Shown piece by piece: positions 50,801 to 62,905 of a stretch of DNA of 64,000 bases. The DNA comes from Phoronis australis (taxonomy: Eukaryota; Animalia; Phoronida), in the NCBI GenBank assembly GCA_002633005.1, contig NMRA01000054.1, positions 990,084-1,054,083 of the forward strand. Reading direction: 5' to 3'. A program made the position numbers and the translations under genes. Below the pieces are notes generated by a model. It was not told where the DNA came from. It was given only the letters and a program-made list of their open reading frames with translations, and did not search any database. The stretch's first letter is position 1; the number at the start of each line of letters is the position of its first letter.

Positions 50801-52466
50801 TGTCAAATTCGGAACACGGCTTAATCGTAACGAAACTATGGCTAAGTATAGGCTCTCCCGCGATATCCCAGGCGACCGGCAGTGACGCTGCGCACTACGA
50901 CTCCGTTTCCGTCGTCTGAGTAGAAGCTGCTAGTAAGATGTGAATTTTAATCGAAGCCTTACTGAAACACTCAGAAACTCATAATTCTCTCTTTGTCAAA
51001 CCTAATAACTAATAATACCATTTCCAAAGCAATTGCGTCATTATTGCCAACACAAAAAAACGGATTTGGTCTTTTGGGCAATTGAAGACTATTTTAAATA
51101 CAACAAATTTGTAACAAACTGATTGCACAAAATATAAAAAGTATAATAAGCATTACAAAAAGAAGTAGGTTTCGCGCGCAAACGCTGTGGACCATAAACA
51201 AGTAGGTCTCTTACAATCAAATTGTGAGTGAAGTCGTGGTGGTACAGTGGTAAAGTATGTGCGCTTTATCTGCAAGGTCATGAGTTTGAGTCGGTGGTAA
51301 TTGCAGTTTTTCATGTTTGACACGTTCTCCATGTTTTTTTTTCTTTTTCTTTGCTTTTTTTTCTTGGATAATACTTCAGGAATCAAGGAAAAAAGGAAAA
51401 ATTTTCCTCCCCCCATTCGATGCGTCTAATCGTGCTTTGCACTTTGTAAATGTTTTCAGACAAAATGTTGCCCCCCCTTGTGATATCCTAGATCCGCCAC
51501 TGGGTAGACTCAATAACACAGTCACAAAAATGACATTGAAACAGACACATATTATGAAAAATGAAAGCTTGTCTCATACTTTGCAAGTGTTTTTAAAGAT
51601 TTCGGGATTAAGTTTCAAGGACCAAAAGAAGAGAGAGTTATAATTAGTCAACATCATTCGTCCTTATCGTTGTCCTGTGCGGTCCTGTGATTCGTCCGTG
51701 TGATGGTTTCGCGAATGGCACCACCATAAATACATCGCCAAGCCCAGAAATTTTGCCTGTCAAATCTGGACCTTGGTGGAAGCTGGTTGTTTAGGCTTTT
51801 AGCCATACAGATTGGCTGTCGTACATTGCAAGTACTCTACAAGAAGCATAACTCAGGGGTGGATCAAGGATTTTGAGTTAGGCCGTTAGGGGTGGCCAGG
51901 CCAGGCCAGGGCAGAGTATTAGCCAGTATTTTGCCTGACGGACATTCGCTCAACCGTACTACCAAATGGAACATTAGACTTTTAAGGCCACACCCCCCCC
52001 CCCCCCCTAAATCCACCACTGCAACTAATGATCCTGTGCAGTAATACAACAGTAGTCAGTAGTATTGCGGATGATCAGGACAGAAGCTACTTGTACAACT
52101 ACAACTACAAGTAGGAGTAGGAGTAGTAGGACGCCTGTGAATCATGCAACCCCGTACATATTCCCAACGTCAGCAGAAAAACCAGGTGATGTAATATCAA
52201 CCACGCTTCCTTAACATGCAATACCCAGACACAAAAAAGTGTAGCGCCTAGTTTTCTAACAAAATTTTATAAATGAAAAGTGGCTTTTAAGTTTGCCTGA
52301 TGAAGATTCACACAACATCAACATCAAGCTTCCCGTGCTAAAGTTTGCGACTTTTACGACAGAGCGCCGTCTTTCGTAATCGTAGTTTCGTAAATAATAC
52401 CTGCACTTTTTCAGGTTTAACTTACCCTCCAGCAGCTAGATGGATAAGGTCTTGGTGATCAGACAT
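36735..52466 (-). CDS. SLC25A36: Mitochondrial pyrimidine nucleotide carrier SLC25A36/SLC25A33 (Rim2 family); exons 52466-52426, 49922-49668, 46291-46214, 41779-41673, 40909-40843, 39351-39086, 36949-36735; 342 aa
   Basis: Spliced ORF of 1029 nt with three carrier signature motifs ([39 protein letters not shown]) plus [21 protein letters not shown] and [18 protein letters not shown], diagnostic of SLC25A33/36. Confidence 0.95.
37022..37171. repeat. Minisatellite, 16-18 bp unit (gacactgttacctagc) x9
   Basis: Direct reading. Confidence 0.95.
41779..42041. repeat. 132 bp tandem duplication including the exon 4 acceptor of SLC25A36
   Basis: cctaaaaataaaaagaaatagatcacc...ctacaaattcga starts at both 41779 and 41911; one substitution seen between the copies. 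Confidence 0.95.
43964..44066. repeat. Long near-perfect hairpin/palindrome
   Basis: caggtttatggcatgggcaaaacctcttggaa-ttttt-ttccaagaggttttgcccatgtcataaacctg (32 bp arms, 1 mismatch) with an outer aatcctaca/tgtaggatt stem. Confidence 0.85.
47818..47923. repeat. Intronic (CAG/CAA)n trinucleotide repeat, ~35 units
   Basis: agcagcagcaacagcagc...; lies in SLC25A36 intron 2. Confidence 0.95.
48953..49126. mobile_element. ~175 bp MITE
   Basis: caattgacctatc...gataggtcaattg terminal inverted repeat. Confidence 0.6.
50625..51502. mobile_element. Non-autonomous DNA element with CAGTGGCGGATCTAGG-type TIRs; short relative at ~51855-52021
   Basis: cataggcggatttagg...cctagatccgccactg; second element caggggtggatcaagg...cctaaatccaccactg. 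Confidence 0.55.
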
Positions 52467-52913
52467 AATAAATACGTTGTAAGATACATTAATTAATCGT
52501 AGTGCGGTATTTCACGTCCTCACTGTCCGCGATCTCTTGAATAACTAAATAGGTCAATCTTTGTATTCCCAGTCATTCTGTCATCGTGGTCATGGCCTCA
52601 GCGCGTGGAATTGCTGTGCGTGAACTTCGAATGTTGCTTAATCTCGAGATCATGCATTCGTGAGATTGGAATACGTTCGTTAGATTGTTAGGTCACATAT
52701 TTCTCCGATTCTTTGACACAAGTTAAGGTAAAGGAGAAATGGATGACCGAGAAGGCAATAATTACAAAAGATCTCTGGACCGTACAAAAGTTTCACCTGA
52801 TTGCCCTTTCTAATGAATATTCCAATTCAAACTCACTCATACGCGATCTTGAGATTAAGCAAGATTCCAAGTTCACGCACATCAAAATAATACAAATGAC
52901 CTATTTGTGAATA

Positions 52914-52927
52914 CCACCAGAGGGCGC
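52914..52927 (+). promoter_or_regulatory. CTCF-like motif upstream of SLC25A36
   Basis: ccaccagagggcgc matches the CTCF core consensus CCACCAG(A/G)GGGCGC. Confidence 0.45.
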
Positions 52928-53166
52928 GGAGATTGCTTCCCATACTGAAACGGTGGATTGCGACGCCATGAGTTAGCTGTAGGCCTATCGGTAAATAACA
53001 TCAAGCATGGTATGGAGTAGTCGGCAAACCAACCCTTATAAATACAGTCGAGCGTTGGCTAGGTCTGGAGTGAGTATACCCTGGAGTTTCTAGTGGTGTA
53101 TTCATTCCTACTTGGTTTACTATTCTGGTCCAATGTCAATCTCATAGCCACGACTTTTTGAGTTTT

Positions 53167-54880
53167 GTTTATGTTGTTGGTTTCTGCACAGGACGCCTGT
53201 GGGTTTCTGAATCCTTCCTATATATAGGAGCAACACCGTCTCTACTGAGCCAGCTAGAGACGGTGGTTAATGTCTATTCAGTGCCATGAAATAGAGTGTC
53301 ACCTGTGGGCCATTTTCTTCTATCGACAATTCTTCAATCAATTGTTCTAAACAAGGTTGCATACAATTCACAACAAATTACCTGAGTTAGTTTCACTTCA
53401 TTACAAGTTTTTAACATTAGATTACCAGCAAACCGACTTTGAGAACTAGAGCAAATTTTGGTTCGGCAAAATTGTTATCACTTCCTGTTAGATGATGCAA
53501 AAATTAAGGAAGTAACGCAATTATGTGTGTCATGAGCGTGTCATTTTCAAATCGACAACAAAATTATCTTTGTTATGAAAGCCAGAGGGTAACGCAAGAA
53601 AATGACATTCATTAGATTGTTCCTAGCGAGGTCAGTGTCGATTGACTCCCAAATTTTGTGTGCACTCCTTCTGGTTGTTAGCTCTACATGTTGTTTCTAG
53701 CGGTGTTTTCACATTAATTAGTCTTCATGTAACTAGCAGAATACGGTAAAATCTCACCAATATAGGACACAATATGACTGACTGGTGAAATTTTGTTTTG
53801 TCTTTTTTTCATAAATGATNGTCACGGGAACAGGCGACTTTTTCAACTTTTAAGTGCAGGAAAGTGAAAACTACTTACATAATCGTGTTCGCAAGGCTCC
53901 CTTTTGTTCTTTCACGAAGTTTCACGTAAAAATTCACGAGTTTAGTCTTCTCCTGGGTTAAAAACCAAATAGCACTCATTTTTACCGGCATCCATTTTGG
54001 TCTGAAAAATCGGTCACGTCCCTGCAAAAAACTCGTACAAAGTATTATTAAACGAATTTTGCGACAAAAAAAGATTATCAGATAAGTAAAACAATATAAT
54101 TTTTCATAGTTTGCAATAATTTTTATTCACATTTATTACGTTTTTGAGTTATTTTTGCCGATTGTAGTGAGCGAATTTAACACGGTGACAGATACGCGAA
54201 GCGATTCGCTGAAGAATGCTGTCCTCGCTAGTTTATGTTGGTTTCTGCACAGGACGCCTGTGGGTTTCTGAATCCTTCCTATATATAGGAGCAACACCGT
54301 CTCTACTGAGCCAGCTAGAGACGGTGGTTAATGTCTATTCAGTGCCATGAAAGAGAGTGTCACCTGTGGGCCATTTTCTTCTATCGACAATTCTTCAATC
54401 AATTGTTCTAAACAAGGTTGCATACAATTCACAACAAATTACCTGAGTTAGTTTCACTTCATTACAAGTTTTTAACATTAGATTACCAGCAAACAGACTT
54501 TGAGAACTAGAGCAAATTTTGGTTCGGCAAAATTGTTATCACTTCCTGTTAGATGATGCAAAAATTAAGGAAGTAACGCAATTATGTGTGTCATGAGCGT
54601 GTCATTTTCAAATCGACAACAAAATTATCTTTGTTATGAAAGCCAGAGAGTAACGCAAGAAAATGACATTCATTAGATTGTTCCTAGCGAGGTCAGTGTC
54701 GATTGACTCCCAAATTTTGTGTGCACTCCTTCTGGTTGTTAGCTCTACATGTTGTTTCTAGCGGTGTTTTCACATTAATTAGTCTTCATGTAACTAGCAG
54801 AATACGGTAAAATCTCACCAATATAGGACACAATATGACTGACTGGTGAAATTTTGTTTTGTCTTTTTTTCATAAATGAT
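53167..54880. repeat. ~650 bp near-identical direct repeat (53167-53819 and 54231-54880) across an N; probable haplotype/assembly duplication
   Basis: The copies differ by about three substitutions and one 3 bp indel; the first copy stops exactly at the N at 53820. Confidence 0.85.
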
Positions 54881-55046
54881 ACGCAGTACCACAATGATGC
54901 TTTGCCGTATCTAAGTTCTGTGCTACAGCTACCAACAGAAAATATTTTGAAAAATTATGGGCATCATTGTTAGAAGCTCTTAAAATAAAAAAGGACAATG
55001 GATTTTGGCAATTATTTTTGCCAGAAATTTGTGAGATCTTATTGTA
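54803..55046. mobile_element. MITE of the same family as 4544-4790
   Basis: tacggtaaaatctcaccaa...gtgagatcttattgta; similar length. Confidence 0.65.
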
Positions 55047-55504
55047 CATGAACTGAATAACATGGGTAGTTAGGTTTGTGCATGTGGCTTTTGTGTACAC
55101 GAGAATTCTTCTCTATGTATTTAGTTAAGCACTTTTGAGTTTTCCTTCACCGAACTTGGTAGCCTAACGAAGTCCACTTTTTTGTCACTGTTAACTTGGT
55201 CAACGATAAGCTTGTCAAACATGACAGGTGATACCATCCAGTATTTTACCAATCAAAGTGCTCACCTCTTTTTCTGACCTGAATGTTTCTTTTAATTCAA
55301 AATATGGTCATTTGGTGTGATTTGACAAGTTTTTGTGGTAATGCTCCAGGTATGCTTCTAAAATTCTTCTCCAAGTAAAGTTATGGTTGTTTAGCATTCT
55401 TTTTTGATTTCCTTTTCATGAAATTATTAAGTTAGTTTTATTTAAGAAGCCTGATTGCCTTCTCCTTCGTGGTGGCTTGGGCGATGTATTGTGTGTATCA
55501 ACAT

Positions 55505-55925
55505 CAGAGTCTTCTGATTTCATCATGCAGTTCTCTAATCTATACGCAGTTTAAGGTACGCCACTTTGGGCCACAATGTCAGAGTCCAATTTCAGCTGTT
55601 CATATCAAACACAAATCTGCACTAATAACTTCACACTTGAGCGCGAAAAGGAAGACCAGTAAGTGAGTAACGAGTTAGCAAAATTTTGCCATTGCCTGTT
55701 TGAGCTGTCCGAGATTCATCCGGTAACTCTGGAAAGTATGCGATGGCCACTTTTGAGTTTGGTACGAATTTGTTTGAGCTGGATGTACTTGAAAGAGGCT
55801 TGTTTCTGGAAATTTGAGCTGATTTGTGTTTGATATGGATTGCTAAAATTGAGTACTTCCGAAATTCTGGGCCAAAGTGTAATACCTTTGTGTATGTATG
55901 ATGCATTGGTGATGAGAGAAGACTT
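55505..55925. mobile_element. Diverged foldback/MITE element
   Basis: cactttgggccaca...catatcaaacacaaatc versus gatttgtgtttgatatg...tgggccaaagtg; related fragment at ~50230. Confidence 0.55.
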
Positions 55926-56865
55926 AGTACACTTGTGCTCCAAAACACTGACAGTGGATACCGGCTGAATTGCTCTTGCTGAAAGTTAGGCCATGATCTT
56001 AAACTGTCGAAATAAGGCTTTTCTGAGAATCAGTTAAAAAGTAGCATAGCTAATGCCGTGTTCAAATATGAAATCATGGCCTTGATATGTTTTTACTGTA
56101 ATGAGACTTAAAGACATCAACTTTAAGTGCAGAGCGTGTTGAGTCAGTTCACTCGCACATTACTAGACCTACGGAACAACCCGGGCTTGTGCATGTTTTT
56201 CTCAAGTTTATGTTGGATCACTGTATTTCCTATTTTGATGAGCTGCAAATTAATAAGATGCATATAATGGTGCCGTCCCGGATTAAACAGCGACACTCGA
56301 ATCTCTGTATTTACCCACAATGCCGTAAACATCCGTCAGACACATTTGCTACCTCGTTTTTGTGCTATTGGAGTTTCACATGTTGTTGTCTGATTCTTTA
56401 CAAATTTTTCTTGGTTGCATTATTCTATTTGTATTTCCAATGCCAATAAAATATTACTGCTGTGCTTTGGGCTGGAACTCCGACATGAGAAAATTGGATA
56501 AACTCGACAAATACCCATGGATGTGTGATGTGAAATTCTTCACCTTCACACAAAAATGTGCCTGATTTCCAAAACGAGGTTACGCGCTTTCTTGTCTCTG
56601 GTACAAAGGAGAGTTCTACCCCGGTGTAATCCGGGTCGGCCATATTGCCATGCATACTTGTAATGGCGTAAAAAACTCCACTTTTTTGATGCGTTGTCAA
56701 ATGAGTGCCACTTTGTTTGAAGAGTATGTGATAAGAATAACCCCTATTGATATCAGTTTCTCAGAAATACTATCCCTGGCCCTGTACTTAGGATTACTGT
56801 TTATTAACATTATCAGTTACAGATATGTCTTTTCTTTTTAGGTGACTTCTTGCATTACGGTCGAT

Positions 56866-56923
56866 ATGAAAACTGTTCAATGGACGATTGTCGGAATCCT
56901 AGGTGTCGCTTCAATTCTTTTTT
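56866..56923 (+). CDS. Probable first coding exon (signal peptide MKTVQWTIVGILGVASILF) of an unidentified secreted or membrane protein
   Basis: Exon 56842-56923 with strong acceptor (tcttttctttttag) and donor (gtgagt); ATG followed by a basic residue and hydrophobic core; phase-1 intron typical after signal peptides. Confidence 0.5.
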
Positions 56924-57518
56924 GTGAGTAATTTGTCATTAGTAGTTTCACATGATACTGTGTCAATTTGATACGTGGACTCGCCTTAGTTCATAATTTA
57001 CTCTCTGTACGAGATGTTCATTTGACTGACTGTAGTGTTCTTGAGTGCCATTATGTATGTAGGATATGCATTTAGGCCCTCACTCCGAATTGCTTTGCCC
57101 CAGTCAATCAAGTGTCCATGCTACAAACCCTACACCTTGCAACATTATTCGATGCACAAAGATTAAATTGGACTCCCCTATTTTTGTAACTAAGTCAGCT
57201 TGCAGATGGTTATTACTATCCACCTTATATTATGAGGGTTTGTGTCCACGATACAATATGGGGCAGCCTAGGGTGGGGGTAATTTTAAGTTGTTGCTCAT
57301 TTGTCAAGTTGCACGAGTGCAAATATCACTCAGTCAGTGCGTGACATTTAGCTTGATGTCAAGTCGCATTTGACGACCTGGCGAAAATCCCAGGTTCTTT
57401 ATTGTGCCTGCATGAAATCTGGTGAACATGTTCGGCATTTATAGATTGGCTGCTTCAACCGACTATAAACCCACAATCTTCCATCGCCAAAAATTTTGAT
57501 TCAAATTGGTCTCAAATT

Positions 57519-57673
57519 CAGTGCTGTAGTGGGGTGTAGGCGCACGTAGGCGCAGCCAACCACTTTTGGCATTTGATCGTAGCGCCTACGCACCGTACGT
57601 TACGTTCAGAGCTCAAGGTGATACCATGGGCTTTGGGCGCTTACTTACCTCCAATTTTACCACTACAGCACTG
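57519..57673. mobile_element. Intact 155 bp hAT-type MITE with 8 bp target-site duplication
   Basis: TIR cagtgctgtagtgg/ccactacagcactg flanked by a perfect ctcaaatt duplication (57511-57518, 57674-57681). Confidence 0.88.
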
Positions 57674-58206
57674 CTCAAATTGTTCCGGCAATTTTAATGC
57701 TTTAGATGAAGCTATACAATTTGGCTCGTGATGATGTGTCATTGTCTGCACTGAGCATGATCTTGAGTAATAACGAAATGTTAGGTCTTTGCAAACCCAG
57801 AATCACCTCTTTAGTTGCAACTGACATGGTGACAACTGTCTTTGCTGTAAAAACGGCGTTATATTAGTAAGGAGAGACCAATTTGCAAAATGGTCTAAAT
57901 CAAAAGTTTGTCAATTGGACAGAACATAGGTTTATAGCTGCTTTAAAGTTAACTGTAAACAGTTTGTACTTCTTTGTGACTGGGATTGGGACCTTTCAAG
58001 GCCATAAAATATTGCTACACCAGTTAATTTATTACTTGCAGGTCACAGGTTCACAGTTTGCAACACTTTCAATGGTACCTCATAGCAAGAGTAGCTGTGA
58101 ACTTGTTTTGCCTGTAACCACACTCTCTCTTGCTTAAAGACACTCTTTCGTTTTATTTCCACCAGTTTTGATCAAGTAAAGAGTTTCATCAATCAAAGTA
58201 GGTTAC

Positions 58207-60057
58207 TACGGTAAAAATTCAGCAATTTAGGACAGCGAAAAAATAATTATTTTGAACATGTTCGAAATTTTAGAAATAGGCAATATTGGCCGTCCAAAAC
58301 TCGAGAAATATGAGAAAGACGGCAAAATCGACGGTGTCCGAAATCTTAGAATTTATGCGGTGCCGACAATATTTCGATTTGTGGTTTTAGACTGTTTGAA
58401 CAGCCGCGCATATTTATGATCGTTATTGCTGACAAGAAATTCACACGATGTCCTCAAAAACATAAACAGGTGTTACTGACTCTGAACACAATCGACTTAC
58501 CAAACTTTGGGATAGGAAATATATATTTTTGTTGTAACACGCCTTGACTGATTATTCGCAATATCCATTGGTGCTCACAGATGACGTGACTGCAGTATAT
58601 GTAACCCTGGTTTGTTTCTGGAGCAGCACGTGCGACATACTTATGAGTCACCTGTCACTCAAACGGACCTTAGCGAAACAGCGTTCCCGCCAACAAGATA
58701 CGTGTAAATAAGGTCCCCGGTCTTAGCTCCATTACCTATCTGGACGAGTTATAGAACTGTTGCTTTATGCAACTGGGGTATATTCAATCAATAAAAGGTT
58801 GGAATTGTTATTCCAAAACATAGCAGTAGGCCATATCACAATTTAACGGAGGTAGAGTCTACGTAGTTCTAACCACAAATCACCACCACACGCAAGGGAT
58901 TGTTCAAGTAGCTGGCTACAAGGGCGTTAGCTTCATCGACGCTAATTATGCTTTAATGTGAAAGCGGTTTGTCCCGATAGTCTCGGCCCTTGCATTCCCA
59001 GTACTGCTGTTGTAATTTTATCTGTCCTATGTTCACTCAGGCCCGATAGCAGTGCCATCCGCTAATTTATTTTTTATGTTCATATGCAGATTTAGATGGA
59101 TCTCCGCTACGGGCCCAGGTTTCATTTTACAAATCGCACGTCATGGGCAAACCACCCATGAAAGGGACTAGGAATGGGTGGAAACGGAGCAACTTTGACC
59201 GAAGATTAATTGGTTCACTCTGTTTTAGATGGTTTCAAAATTCTTAATTTTGGTGCGAGAGAGCCTTAACATTTCATGTAGAATACAAAATAACCTAGTA
59301 AATAGAGTGTCAGTGGGGAGACATAAAGATATATTTACGACATGAACATTTTAATGTATACTGCACGGCAAACTAAGACATGGACTTTTGCTTTTCACAA
59401 AGTCTGTTTTAACTTGGCAAGGAATAACATCGTTTCGCCAATTTGGGCGCATGGCATAGCGAAAGTCGGGGCACCGAGTGGAATGTAAGTGGGCCGCAGG
59501 TTCGCAGAAAAACTTGAAGCCTTGAACCCGGTATTCGACTTGGTAACACAACGATCTCATTACCGGTGCTTATTAATAAGCTGTTAATGCAAATACAAAG
59601 CGTGACACTGTGACGATTACGCGAAAGTCGGAGAACATTACAATTCATTTGCTTAGTGAAACCGTGATCAAGTGTGGAAAATATTTTGAGTCCGTGATTA
59701 CGATTGCCACGAAAACGTGCGAGATATACACAAACCATCCACATCGATAACTATAGACTGCGACATCAGTCAATACATTACACCGGTGGCAGTTTTAAAC
59801 GATGTGTAAATAATCACCATTATTTGATGAACTTCCAGATTTACATCCAGCCCCCGATCATGCGAAAAAGCGCACTGTCTGAAATGTGAGAATTACGGCC
59901 AATGCCGCTAAAATCGATGTGTCCGAAATTTGAGAACTATGGTGAATGCCAAATTCAACCGTGTCCCGAATTTCAGAATCAAAAAATTCAGTTTGAGGTT
60001 GGATTTAGGTGTCCTAAATTCGGGAGACTGTCCTAAATTCGGGAATTTTTACCGTAG
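58207..60057. mobile_element. ~1.85 kb non-autonomous DNA transposon with TACGGTA-type TIRs
   Basis: tacggtaaaaattc..caatttaggacag versus ctgtcctaaattcgggaatttttaccgta; no transposase ORF seen. Confidence 0.7.
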
Positions 60058-61499
60058 TATAGAAACTTTTCGAAAATTACAGCCCTCTTGTTTATGTGCT
60101 TTACAGGCAGTTCATGAAAAATTTAAATACAACTGTAGTCGCCATTTTGTTGTGCATCACCAGAAATCCAAAAAGCTATTGTGAATATTTGTAAAATCCG
60201 ATTGTTTTGAGAACATTTGATTATGTGTTGATAGAGCACCAATTGGTAAAAACTTTAAACTAGATTGATAAGCAATCAAACTCCTTTTATGAATTTTTTT
60301 AGTCTAAAATCAGTGGAAAGAGTGGTTTAAAATTGCTTCGTGTGACTTTGCTTCTAATACAGCGAAGCTTTTAATGGTTAATTTGAGTTTGCACTTGCCT
60401 ATACTTCTGTAGCTATGAGTTTACTCGATAATTATTAAATACAGATCAAACTCATGAATTCTTCTCAAACCGCTCATTTTAATGTGTTTTAACGGAATGC
60501 ACAGCACCCAGCAATGCTTGAATGACAATCTTGAGTGGACCATCTGTGCTTTGGTGCAGAATGAAGACAAAATTCATGCTTAGACATTTCATTCATACTT
60601 TTTTGTTAAAACTTAGGAATTCCATTCTTGTTTTAAAAGGTTACTTAGGACTTTAAAAATATCCAAATTTGGTTAATTTCGGAATATCGTGTCTCAGAAA
60701 TGGCTGATCGTATTCGTATGAAACTTTCTCTCACTATGTCTTGTGTACTGTTCTCCAAAATGCTGTTAGGATTTTTTTTAAATGGTCCATATTTTCATCA
60801 GGGTCTGTCAAATGCTAAGGCTTTCATGATTTTGATGTTGCATGATACGAGAACGAAATGATATTTTAGAAAACTGTAACAGCCCTTTGTAGGTCTTTTT
60901 AGATCTTTTTGAAGTTGCATTTGCCCCAAGTTTTATTCTTTATCTGGTATTTTGTCCTGTTTATGCTGAATCTGCTAAGATTGTATTTCAACTAATTGTT
61001 GTGTTAACTTGAATGTTGATTTGTTCCAACAATGTTAAGCATACCCAGTGTCTGAGGCCATTCAAAATTGATAGCAACTTAACATTTGCAATTCAGCTGA
61101 GGCACATGCGTGCAGTCTTCTAAGACTTAAAAACATGGTAACATGGCCAGCACCCTGTCCCCTAAACCCTGCATGACCAGAACCACAATAACAGTGCGGT
61201 ACTCTTGTTATTCTTCCAATCCCATTTAGTTCACAGTGAAAGATGTTCTGCCAGGCTGCTACTTGTTTATAGACAAGTTTCAACGTATGCAGTTCAAAAT
61301 TTTAAAATATTTTATGAATATCAATTTTGGGGTCATAATCCCCAAAGCAGTTTTGAAAAATTTACTTACCGTCCTGGCACCAGCTGCATACTGGACGGGA
61401 AAAACTTTTAATATTTTTTGAATGGTAACAAATTTCACAGCAGATGACACTGTTTGAAAATCAGTGTTTAACGAATGACCACCTGAAGAAAATGACTCA

Positions 61500-61760
61500 G
61501 GAGCGCAGACAGTGGCTCAGTGGTTTGAGCTCCGACTCCCTTTTGGGAGACCTGGGTTTGAATCCTGGCTTTACTGGCTGACAATAGAGCACTTCACAAA
61601 GGTGTCTCCTATTCCTGTGAGCTCGAGGCTTACTAATGAATGTATGCAAAGTAGTGAGTAAGAACCTGGATATAATGCAAAAGGGATTTCTAGGGCTGTG
61701 CTCATGAAAATAAAGCCCCGCTACCGGCAGCCAAGTCAAACGCCTGCAAAGCACCGACAG
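61500..61760 (+). mobile_element. tRNA-derived SINE-like element
   Basis: A box tggctcagtgg and B box gggtttgaatcc at tRNA-like spacing, no clean cloverleaf; 3' boundary approximate. Confidence 0.5.
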
Positions 61761-62289
61761 GAATCAAATTATTACTTAAAGTTTGTAAGTCTATTTTTCT
61801 AAATTTGCATAGACACATGTTCAATTTTTCTTTTTCAATTTGACGCCATTATCACACCTACTCTTCGACAGTGACCCGACGTTGGGCCAACATCGGGTTT
61901 GGCACCCCACATGCTTTTGGGCACAGCGTCGCACCCACGTCAGCCCAAAGTCAAACGTGTGCCGATGCTGAGCCAATGTTTGTCAGGTGTTAAGACTGAA
62001 TAATTCTCTCAATAAACATAGTTAGGTTGACCTAAACACTCGAAAAAATAATATCGCATGCGTCGAATTTACGTGGAAGTACGAAACAAGCGTTTCCAAG
62101 AGATGTCTTGAAGGCGACCGGGACCAACGTCTCAAACCCGACCGCGACTTAGCGACCTTGAGCTGACGATTGGCGACGTTGGCCCAGTGTAGTGATGCTA
62201 TCTGGGATGATTTATACAACAAATTGTCAGCCAGCATAATTGGTAATAGTTGGATAAAACGGTCCCATTTCAAATTCTGTCAGGAATAC

Positions 62290-62905
62290 TTTTGTCTTCT
62301 CGCAAACGCAAACTAACTAACGTTCGCAAGAGGCCAAAAATGAACCCAATGAGAAAACGCAAAACTCCAACTTAGTTAAGAGATTTTTAAAAAAGGTTTT
62401 GTCGTTTCACCCGCTGATGACGTCATACCCCCACTATGCCAGGGTACCATAAATAATGACTCCGTGAAAAAATGACCCGAATTCTGGCGGATACGGATTG
62501 GGGGAAAATTGCTATAGGTGTGGGTGCATTTGCGGGGGGGTGGGGTTGGATTCAAAAGGGAAGTTAAAACGACGTTTTGTCGTACGTTTCGCACGCTAAT
62601 TACGTCATATCCATAACAATCGATCGAGTGTGGCCACAGCGCCGGAAACATCGGTGGTCGTGCAATAAGTGGATACGGAGATTGGGGGAGCTATGTAGTG
62701 GGGAGTGGATGTGAGGGGGCGGTTGGGACTCATCTAATGTCGTTTTGTCATTTTGCCCACTGGGACAAATATTGTCTTCTCACGAACGCAAACGAATTCA
62801 AGTTCGCGAGAGAACAAATATTGTCTTCTCCCGAACGCAAACTAACTCACGTTCGCGAGAGAAAAAAATGACCCTCAAGAAAACGCGAGACTTCCACTAA
62901 TTAGG
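62290..62905. repeat. Element with three direct repeats of ttgtcttctc(g/a/c)c(a/g)aacgcaaac...gttcgc(a/g)agag
   Basis: Copies at ~62292, ~62772 and ~62821. Confidence 0.6.

Noticed and set aside
51233-51300. tRNA-like A/B boxes (also 61510-61570)
   Set aside because: No intact cloverleaf; treated as SINE/TE-derived rather than tRNA genes.
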